In this document: piece after piece, positions 57,767 through 64,000 of the stretch
Layout: each line of letters starts with the position of its first letter
Numbering within the stretch: the stretch's first letter is position 1
Origin: Deltaproteobacteria bacterium
GTDB taxonomy: Bacteria > Desulfobacterota > GWC2-55-46 > JAJCZF01
DNA length: 64,000 nucleotides
NCBI GenBank assembly: GCA_029262475.1
Contig: JAJCZG010000122.1
Coordinates: 31,789-95,788, forward strand
Direction of reading: 5' to 3'
Translations under genes and position numbers: made by a program
Notes under the pieces: model-generated
What the model saw: the letters and a program-made list of their open reading frames with translations, nothing else
Told to the model about the DNA's origin: nothing
The model's database searches: none

Positions 57767-59106
57767 GTATATCAGCTACTTCAGGAGTATCAAGCGGAAT
57801 AGATTACGCCAATCTCATAAAACAGTTGGTGAGTTTAAAGGCGGAGCCCGTAAATGCCATGCATCAAAAGGTTCAGGACCTTGAGCTTAAATCAGCCGCT
57901 TTTGAGACACTAAGTGCACGCCTGACAGACCTGAAGACTGCTGCAGCCAAGCTCAAGACCGCAACGGATTTTAAGGATTTTACCTCCGTAAGCTCAAACG
58001 AGGGGATTGTTTCGGCAACGGTCGGCTCCTCTGCTACCGGCGGTACATTCTCAATAGTTGTGGATAATCTTGCGCAGTCGCACAAAATAGCCGCAGATGG
58101 AGTGGCTCTGGAGACTACAGTCGTCTCCGCAGCCGGCGGCTCTTTCATCTATAACCTGGGCGGGGGAGCCGATCAGACGGTTACCCTCGCCGCAGGCGCA
58201 ACACTGGCGGATGTGAGGGACGGCATAAACGCCCTTAAATCTGGAGTGACGGCGACGATAGTTAACGACGGCGCCGCTTCCAACCCTGAGCGTCTGATAC
58301 TCACCTCGGATACCACCGGGGCCTCGAATACGGTTAACATTACACAAAATGATACGACTCTAGCCTTCAACACAACACTTCAGAGCGCACTTGACGCCAA
58401 CATAAAGGTCGATAACCTTTCTATAGCGCGCTCCACAAATATCATTAGTGACGTAATCACAGGTGTAACGCTTAACCTCTCATCGGCAGATCCAACCAAG
58501 ACTGTTTCACTCAACATTAAACGAGACGACACCGCGATAGCTGATAAGGTCTCCAACTTAGTTAATAAATTCAATAGCATGGTAGAATATATCAATACCA
58601 ATAACACTTACGACAGTAAGACGAAGGTAGCCGAGCCTTTCTTCGGCGAGACGGCGGCGCGTAATACGCTTGGCGACATGAGAAGCGTCCTTAGTAATAT
58701 TGTAACCGGACGCGTCTCGACGATGGACAGAGTCGTCTACGCCGGTATCACCACAAAGGACGGTAAATTATCATTTGACTCTGCTCAGTTCAAGGGGCTC
58801 CTTGGCACCAACTTCGATGACGTGATCAATCTATTTACAGATGATACGGGAACCGACGGTTTTGCGACCCTTCTAAGCGCCAAGATAGATACGTTTATCG
58901 ATTTCAGCGATGGCCGCATCACAAACAAAAACAAAAGCATTAAAAGTAGTATTGATCGATATAATGACGATATAGACAAGAAAGAGCTTGGCCTGACCTT
59001 GTACGAGGAGAGCCTGAGGCTGCAATTCGCCTCTCTTGAAGGCCTCCTTGTGGGACTTAAGTCCCAGAGCACATTTTTAAGTAATCTTCAATCGCAGTCA
59101 AAGTAA
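57763..59106 (+). CDS. fliD: Flagellar filament cap protein FliD
   Basis: N-terminus SSGIDYANLIKQLVSLKAEPVNAMHQKVQDLELKSAAFETLSARLTDLK. C-terminal coiled-coil. Confidence 0.9.
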   Translation: MSISATSGVSSGIDYANLIKQLVSLKAEPVNAMHQKVQDLELKSAAFETLSARLTDLKTAAAKLKTATDFKDFTSVSSNEGIVSATVGSSATGGTFSIVVDNLAQSHKIAADGVALETTVVSAAGGSFIYNLGGGADQTVTLAAGATLADVRDGINALKSGVTATIVNDGAASNPERLILTSDTTGASNTVNITQNDTTLAFNTTLQSALDANIKVDNLSIARSTNIISDVITGVTLNLSSADPTKTVSLNIKRDDTAIADKVSNLVNKFNSMVEYINTNNTYDSKTKVAEPFFGETAARNTLGDMRSVLSNIVTGRVSTMDRVVYAGITTKDGKLSFDSAQFKGLLGTNFDDVINLFTDDTGTDGFATLLSAKIDTFIDFSDGRITNKNKSIKSSIDRYNDDIDKKELGLTLYEESLRLQFASLEGLLVGLKSQSTFLSNLQSQSK

Positions 59107-59124
59107 TTTATCGGGAGGTGTGAA

Positions 59125-59550
59125 ATGCAACTGGCTAAGGAGTATCAGAAGAGTAATGTCATGACAGCTGACGGGGTTGGAGTAATCATACTACTTTACG
59201 ATGGTGTGATCGACTTCAATTCACGCGCCAAGACGGCAATAGACCAGGGTAGTATTGAGACCAGGAATAAGTTTATAAATAAATCCCTGGCCATAATAAG
59301 CGAGCTTGACAACGCCCTTGATATGGACCGGGGCGGAATAATCTCCGAGAATCTCACAAGGCTCTATGCGTTCATGATGGAGGAGCTTACAAAGGCCAAT
59401 ATCAATAACGACAAGGCCCCTCTCGATACCGTCTCAGGGCTTATAACGGAGCTTCGCAAGGGGTGGGAAGGCATTCAGAACAAGAAGGGCGAAGAGAGCG
59501 TGTCTTCACCTAACAAGAAAGACTCCGGCATGTTATCTGTTAAGTACTAA
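59125..59550 (+). CDS. fliS: Flagellin-specific chaperone FliS
   Basis: VIILLYDGVIDFNSRAKTAIDQG...LTRLYAFMMEELTKANINND. Confidence 0.88.
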   Translation: MQLAKEYQKSNVMTADGVGVIILLYDGVIDFNSRAKTAIDQGSIETRNKFINKSLAIISELDNALDMDRGGIISENLTRLYAFMMEELTKANINNDKAPLDTVSGLITELRKGWEGIQNKKGEESVSSPNKKDSGMLSVKY

Positions 59551-59584
59551 TGCCGTAAAACTCTAATTTTATAAAGGACGAGAC

Positions 59585-59911
59585 TTGATGAAGAACGAAT
59601 CTATCGTAAAGCTAAAGGCGATATACGATATATCCATGAGGCAGAATGCCAGCCTGGTAAACGGGCGCCTTGACGAGGCCCTTACCCTTCAGCAAGAGCG
59701 CGAAGCCATCGCATCCGAGATAGAGGGGGCCCGTGTGGTCTTCTCTAAGGGTGATAAAGAGGCCAGCGATATAGTCTCAGCTATAATGGATAATGACAAA
59801 ATGATCTCCATGCTGGCGGAGGAAAAGCTCTCAGGCGTTACGAAGAACCTTAGAAAATTGCAAGAGGCCGGGCCGGCGATAGCTGCCTACAATAATGAGT
59901 TAAAGCTTTGA
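59585..59911 (+). CDS. Small helical hypothetical protein downstream of fliS (FliT-like by position)
   Basis: 108 aa, alpha-helical composition. Position analogous to fliT in flaG-fliD-fliS-fliT operons. No sequence motif recognised. Confidence 0.3.
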   Translation: MMKNESIVKLKAIYDISMRQNASLVNGRLDEALTLQQEREAIASEIEGARVVFSKGDKEASDIVSAIMDNDKMISMLAEEKLSGVTKNLRKLQEAGPAIAAYNNELKL

Positions 59912-60147
59912 AGGAGTTATTTATGTACTCAGATTACTGATCTATCGACCGGGTAGAAGCAATTAATTCTCGAAGATTTTACAGTAAATTCATACACTTG
60001 AAGTGTCCGCTTTCTTTCATTCAAGCACGCTTCCGAATATCGTCTTTCACTAAGGATGGCTCACCAGCCTAACGCCTTCTTTAGTCTCCACTGAAGTGCC
60101 ACGCTCCAACCCGCACCGAAAAAAATCAAAAAAAAATAAAAAAACCC

Positions 60148-60174
60148 TAAAGAAAACTTAAAGTAGTCCGATAT
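60148..60174 (+). promoter_or_regulatory. Sigma28-like promoter for flagellin gene 2: TAAA-N15-tCCGATAT
   Basis: CTAAAGAAAACTTAAAGTAGTCCGATATAAC, about 215 nt upstream of the ATG and preceded by an A-rich tract. Confidence 0.45.
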
Positions 60175-60346
60175 AACATATGAAACATAGGTAGTGCGGA
60201 CATAACCAATTAGTCACCAACGCGCCGTCACCAGGCGTTTAAGCCGGAAAGGGGGAAGATCAAGAAGTTAGTAGAAATTTGAAAGGCATTAGAAGGTGAA
60301 TTAAGAAGGCTCTTTCCGCCTTATTCAGTACACCACCACTTATTTT

Positions 60347-60361
60347 TGGTACGGAAGCCAA
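60347..60361 (+). promoter_or_regulatory. GGA-in-loop hairpin (candidate CsrA site) in the flagellin-2 leader, followed by the SD GGAAGGAG
   Basis: TTGG-TACGGAAG-CCAA. Confidence 0.35.
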
Positions 60362-60388
60362 AAGTTAACTATGGAAGGAGAAATTACT

Positions 60389-61216
60389 ATGGGAGTAGTA
60401 ATCAATACCAACGTAGCATCACTAGTAGCACAGAATAACCTTTTTACAAATAACAAGGCACTAGCAGTAAACGTACAAAGACTCTCTTCAGGTTACAGGG
60501 TCAACAGCTCCGCAGATGACGCCTCAGGGCTTGCCAGGGCCGATCAGCTCAGGGCCAGCTCCAGAGGTGTACAGGCAGCACTCCGGAACGCAAACGACGG
60601 TATAAGCGCCCTTGAGATAGCCGATAAGAGCGCCCAGAAGATAAGCGAACTCCTCACGAGGATGTCTGAGCTTGCCGTTACCGCGTCTCAGGGTACTCTC
60701 GATACGAACTCCAGAACTTATATCCAGGACGAGTTCTCAAACCTGAGGGACGAAATATCTCGAATAGCCGAGGTTACCGAGTTCGATGGTAAAAAGCTTC
60801 TCGCCTCCGGTATCTCGATTAATATTCAGGTCGGGTTTAGAAACAACGCCAACAACCGAATGACTGTGACCATGGGTAATTTGAAGACTACCAATCTCGG
60901 TATCCAGGCATCTAAAGCATCTGTTGCCGCTCTGACAGGTGCGCAGAGAGCTATCAGCGTCATCGGTGCTGCTCTTACTACGCTTAATTCACAGAGAGCG
61001 CGTTTCGGTTCGTACACCAACAGGCTGGATGCGACGATATCCAACCTGCAGGTAACGTACACGAACTTCCAGGCCGCCGAAAGTAGAATCAGGGACCTGG
61101 ATTTTGCTCAAGAGACGGCTTCATTTACCAGGAACCAGATACTCGTTCAATCGGGTGTGTCTGTCCTGGCGCAGGCTAATACCCTGCCTCAGTCGGCCCT
61201 TTCGCTCATCGGTTAG
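60389..61216 (+). CDS. fliC: Flagellin paralogue 2 (start at MGVVINTN; the ORF track starts 18 nt earlier)
   Basis: MGVVINTNVASLVAQNNL...QRLSSGYRVNSSADDASGLARA...C-terminal LVQSGVSVLAQANTLPQSALSLIG. Confidence 0.92.
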   Translation: MGVVINTNVASLVAQNNLFTNNKALAVNVQRLSSGYRVNSSADDASGLARADQLRASSRGVQAALRNANDGISALEIADKSAQKISELLTRMSELAVTASQGTLDTNSRTYIQDEFSNLRDEISRIAEVTEFDGKKLLASGISINIQVGFRNNANNRMTVTMGNLKTTNLGIQASKASVAALTGAQRAISVIGAALTTLNSQRARFGSYTNRLDATISNLQVTYTNFQAAESRIRDLDFAQETASFTRNQILVQSGVSVLAQANTLPQSALSLIG

Positions 61217-61358
61217 GAGGAGATCTACTCCTCCATGCGTTAAGCGAATAGAACATTAAGAGGTTTTTTCGTGCGGGGGCCCTGGACAGTAACCATCTGA
61301 CGATGATTTCGCTTACAGGGTCTCCGCGCACCTCCCGTTCAAGAGACAGGGTGATGTT

Positions 61359-61853
61359 ATGGATATCGGAAATAAAATAGGTAGTATGGATGTAAAGGTC
61401 TATGCTACCGACACACAATCTAATAAAGAAGTTCAGTCTGCTTCAGGGAAGGCGGCCAGGGTAGTAGAGGAGGTCGTCGAGGATAGGTCTGTTCAGGATA
61501 AGAGGTCAAGTGGCGCCAAGGTCTTAGACTTTACTTCGCAAGCTGCGGGTCGTTCTAAAGAAGGTACCGCTCCAGTGGATGATCACGGAGAGGTTACGGA
61601 TATTTCGACCCTCGCAAGTGAGGTAAGGGATCAGCTCAGCAGCTTTAATACCGATGTCAGGGTAACTGTTGACAGCGACTCAGGCAACATAGTCTTTAAG
61701 ATTCTGGATCCTGAGACCAACGATCTTATAAAGCAGATACCGTCAGAAGAGATGCTGGAAATTTCCAGGCGGCTTGCTGAACTTCTTGAAGATTACTCTT
61801 CAATGAAAGAAGATCGCAAGAAGGTGATATCGGTCTTTCAGGATACTCTCTGA
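61359..61853 (+). CDS. flaG: FlaG paralogue 2
   Basis: C-terminus IVFKILDPETNDLIKQIPSEEMLEISRRLAELL, parallel to FlaG-1. Confidence 0.7.
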   Translation: MDIGNKIGSMDVKVYATDTQSNKEVQSASGKAARVVEEVVEDRSVQDKRSSGAKVLDFTSQAAGRSKEGTAPVDDHGEVTDISTLASEVRDQLSSFNTDVRVTVDSDSGNIVFKILDPETNDLIKQIPSEEMLEISRRLAELLEDYSSMKEDRKKVISVFQDTL

Positions 61854-61911
61854 TACGCAAAGTCGGTTACGAAGGCTTTTTTACGTTGGTAGGAGTATAG
61901 ATCAGTATTTG

Positions 61912-61950
61912 CACAGTTAGGGTTTTTTGTATCCAAAAACCCTAACTGTG
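61912..61950. terminator. Strong stem-loop terminator (16-bp perfect stem CACAGTTAGGGTTTTT / AAAAACCCTAACTGTG)
   Basis: Perfect long inverted repeat with T/A runs, after flaG-2. Confidence 0.7.
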
Positions 61951-62023
61951 CGGCTTTAAATAGTTCCTGAGCTTATGTTTTAGACTTCAGGTAGCAGCAA
62001 AGAACTTTTGGTAGAGCAGGAAG

Positions 62024-62029
62024 TATAAT
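62024..62029 (+). promoter_or_regulatory. Possible sigma70 -10 (TATAAT) upstream of the cytochrome gene; the -35 is poor
   Basis: Exact TATAAT 12 nt upstream of the ribosome-binding-site region. No good TTGACA at 16-18 bp. Confidence 0.25.
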
Positions 62030-62040
62030 CTTATTCACTT

Positions 62041-62961
62041 TTGAAAGGAGCAGTAAAAATGAAAAGAATTCTCACCGTAGCCCTTGGTCTTGGTCTCGTA
62101 TTCGGCGTTGCAGCCACATCCAACGCATTATCCCCGTCTGACTTCCCGGCTGACGTAGCCGCCGGTGGTATTGCGGGTTCACGTCATAACCTTGGCGCAT
62201 ACGGCGTCCATTTCAGGGCAGACAACAGTGACGGTAACGGCGGAACGACTGAAATTTGTGTATTCTGTCATACTCCTCACCACGGCGCAAGCCACGCCCC
62301 GTTATGGGCAAAGGGCACACAGTCAACGACCTACACCGCATACGGCACGACCGTAGCCGGTACCTTCGTTGCCGATAGCGACATAGGTGCAGCCACACTC
62401 GCCTGTCTAAGCTGTCACGATGGTGTCAACACCATTGATACCCTCGTAAACGCACCAGGTAAGGGTAACGACGGATCGAACAACACCAACAAGGTTGATT
62501 TTAACTGGACCTTCACCGAGGACAGTAACACCGTATCCGATATCATCGGCTCCACCAGGCTCAATATCGGTACGGACCTCACCAATGACCATCCGGTATC
62601 CGTATCCTACGAGATTAACAAGGCCTCGCTAAGGCCAACCAGTACATTGCTCTCAGACCTTCATATGACTTCGACTGGCTTCACCGCAGGCGATAATAAT
62701 GAGGGCGATTCCGCTACGACCACCGCGAACAGGTGGGCTGTAAAGGGTTACATCAACACTGGCGCCACGATTGGCGATCTCCTCAGGACCACCGCCAACA
62801 GGGTTGAGTGCTCATCGTGCCATGATCCGCACTTCAGCAACAAGACCTGGGACGAAGTTGAGTCCACCTGGGGCGGCGAAGCTGACGGCGACGGCATGTT
62901 CCTTAGAAGAGTCGGCGGTAACAGCGTATCCGGTGTTTGCAGGTCCTGCCACAACAAGTAA
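62041..62961 (+). CDS. Secreted tetraheme c-type cytochrome (four CxxCH motifs)
   Basis: Signal peptide (MKRILTVALGLGLVFGVAATSNA). CVFCH, CLSCH, CSSCH and CRSCH motifs, consistent with the Geobacter-type doubled paired-CXXCH family. Confidence 0.8.
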   Translation: MKGAVKMKRILTVALGLGLVFGVAATSNALSPSDFPADVAAGGIAGSRHNLGAYGVHFRADNSDGNGGTTEICVFCHTPHHGASHAPLWAKGTQSTTYTAYGTTVAGTFVADSDIGAATLACLSCHDGVNTIDTLVNAPGKGNDGSNNTNKVDFNWTFTEDSNTVSDIIGSTRLNIGTDLTNDHPVSVSYEINKASLRPTSTLLSDLHMTSTGFTAGDNNEGDSATTTANRWAVKGYINTGATIGDLLRTTANRVECSSCHDPHFSNKTWDEVESTWGGEADGDGMFLRRVGGNSVSGVCRSCHNK

Positions 62962-63011
62962 AAGAAGCGCCAGAACGTAAGTTGATTTTGGTAACTTGCC
63001 GGAATCAACAG

Positions 63012-63050
63012 GGAGGCGGGCTGAGAGCTCAGCCCGCCTCCTTTTTTTTA
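63012..63050 (+). terminator. Rho-independent terminator after the cytochrome gene
   Basis: GGAGGCGGGCTGAG / CTCAGCCCGCCTCC perfect stem plus T8. Confidence 0.85.
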
Positions 63051-63270
63051 AAAAAGCATTTATAGGAGAAAGAGACCGTTATATGAACGGGCCTCTTTAA
63101 TGTGGGGATCTTACCGAAGGAGAACGACTTTAACGCGTTACTTATGGAGAGAAGAATCTCTCCTGGTGTCAAAAAAGATGTTTATTTCTAACCTGTTATG
63201 GTAAAATTAAAGAAATGTCGTTTATGGTCTTTTATCGATACTGACTTTTTACCTGAGGAGAGTTTTTGAG

Positions 63271-63846
63271 ATGGAGAAAAAATTTATTTACGGCGTGGAA
63301 GAGACATTCCCCAATCAGAGAGAAGACTTCCGTATTGACGATACTCTTCCGCTCATTTATTCACCGTTAGGTGAGACTTCCCGCAATGTAGAACGCTCCT
63401 CTATTCACGACATCACCCCGATTCTCAGGAAGCTTAAACAGCGCAAGATGGACTCCGAGCTTCTCCTTCTAATTAAACTCTTCGACGAAAAACTGAACCA
63501 TATCATAAAGCAAACCTCCGGTGGCGAGGGTAGTGTCTATCTCCCGGGAGAAACCCCTTTACCAACAGACATTAATATCAGCGCCGGAGGCATCTGTTTT
63601 AGAAGTAAGGAATGCTTTAAGCCCGGTGAGGTCTTGAACCTGGTTATCGGGCTTCCGCCGCAGCCGTATACCCATATAAATATTTTAGGTGAGGTGTTAA
63701 GGTCCACTGAGCTCGAGGGCGTTGCTGAAGAGGATAAGAAGTTCAGAGTAGCGCTCAAATTTGTTCACATGGAAGATGAAGAGAGACAGGATATAACGAA
63801 ATACCTCTTCGATGTGCAGAGGAAGAGGGTAAGGTCCGGCAAATAG
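63271..63846 (+). CDS. PilZ-domain (c-di-GMP-binding) protein
   Basis: RxxxR (QREDFRID) and DxSxGG (DINISAGGICF) motifs, plus a PilZ-like C-terminal beta-barrel segment (FRVALKFVHMEDEERQDITKYLF). The spacing between the motifs is longer than canonical. Confidence 0.5.
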   Translation: MEKKFIYGVEETFPNQREDFRIDDTLPLIYSPLGETSRNVERSSIHDITPILRKLKQRKMDSELLLLIKLFDEKLNHIIKQTSGGEGSVYLPGETPLPTDINISAGGICFRSKECFKPGEVLNLVIGLPPQPYTHINILGEVLRSTELEGVAEEDKKFRVALKFVHMEDEERQDITKYLFDVQRKRVRSGK

Positions 63847-64000
63847 ACTTATAAGCAGAATTTATCGCCCCCCCCCACGACATTACCAGATCAATCGAAT
63901 AATTTTTCGTAGTCTCCGTAACCTTCTTCTTTAAGGTCTCCCTTTGGAATAAATTTTAGCGAGGCGGAGTTTATGCAGTAGCGAAGTCCGGTAGGCTCTG

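Noticed and set aside
60340-60360. Possible sigma54 promoter (TGGTAC-GGAAG-CCAA) before flagellin 2
   Set aside because: The -12 element is CCAA rather than TTGC and the GG-to-GC spacing is wrong. The same sequence is better explained as a GGA-loop hairpin.
61217-61260. Hairpin GGAGGAG-atcta-CTCCTCC after flagellin 2 as a terminator
   Set aside because: No U-tract follows it. A similar palindrome (GGAGAGATCTC) follows flagellin 1. This is more likely an mRNA-stability element or attenuator than a full terminator. The true terminator is at 61912-61950.
1235-63758. All minus-strand ORFs in the track (for example 1235-1477, 6833-7381, 9788-10348, 16948-17649, 21044-21634, 22128-22676, 28266-28790, 32007-32534, 40122-40730, 42433-43188, 45745-46221)
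   Set aside because: Each is fully embedded antisense to a well-supported + strand gene with a clear family signature. They have low-complexity or Ser/Arg-rich translations typical of antisense frames, and no ribosome-binding site or homology signal.
1-64000. CRISPR arrays, IS elements, integrases, tRNA/rRNA genes
   Set aside because: No regularly spaced direct repeats, no transposase- or integrase-like ORFs, and no tRNA-like cloverleaf candidates were seen. The only tandem repeat is the 3x 77-bp junction repeat reported above.

Overview
The window is one very large, single-strand (+) flagellar/chemotaxis supercluster with an embedded flagellin-glycosylation island; every gene I can support is on the + strand and no mobile elements or CRISPR arrays are evident. 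Gene order: a 5'-truncated MotE/FlbB-like gene, then fliK, flgD and flgE, followed by a terminator and a sigma54 promoter. Next come fliL, fliM, fliN, fliO, fliP, fliQ, fliR, flhB, flhA, flhF, flhG and fliA. The chemotaxis/motor block follows: a HEAT-repeat protein, cheR, a REC protein, cheY, cheZ, cheA, cheB, motA and motB, then a sigma28 promoter, cheW, a small charged ORF and a terminator. A sigma54 promoter then drives flgF, flgG, flgA, flgH, flgI and a FlgJ carrying an M23 peptidase domain. A sigma28 promoter drives flgM, flgN, flgK and flgL, followed by csrA and fliW. The glycosylation island begins with a sigma54 promoter and runs pseB, pseC, a Gfo/Idh/MocA oxidoreductase, a roughly 77-bp tandem repeat x3, a NeuB-family nonulosonic acid synthase (PseI-like), a CMP-sugar cytidylyltransferase and pseG. 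It continues with a SAM methyltransferase, a sulfotransferase, a sugar C-methyltransferase-like protein, two B12-binding radical-SAM enzymes, a split transketolase, an SDR, an ATP-grasp ligase, a large GH57-like protein and a Maf (DUF115) flagellin glycosyltransferase. After an unknown ORF come two paralogous short flagellins, each with a sigma28 promoter, GGA-loop leader hairpins and its own flaG, flanking fliD, fliS and a FliT-like ORF. The window ends with a secreted tetraheme c-type cytochrome and a PilZ-domain protein. The most novel content is the tailoring-enzyme set inside the nonulosonic-acid island, which suggests a highly modified, possibly sulfated and C-methylated flagellin glycan. 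The organism looks like a Gram-negative, possibly thermophilic, metal/sulfur-respiring lineage (from the L/P rings, sigma54, the Geobacter-type cytochrome and AGG/AGA/ATA codon bias), but that is inference. Products are called by recognised motifs, not database searches. Coordinates of small motifs may be off by 1-2 nt.
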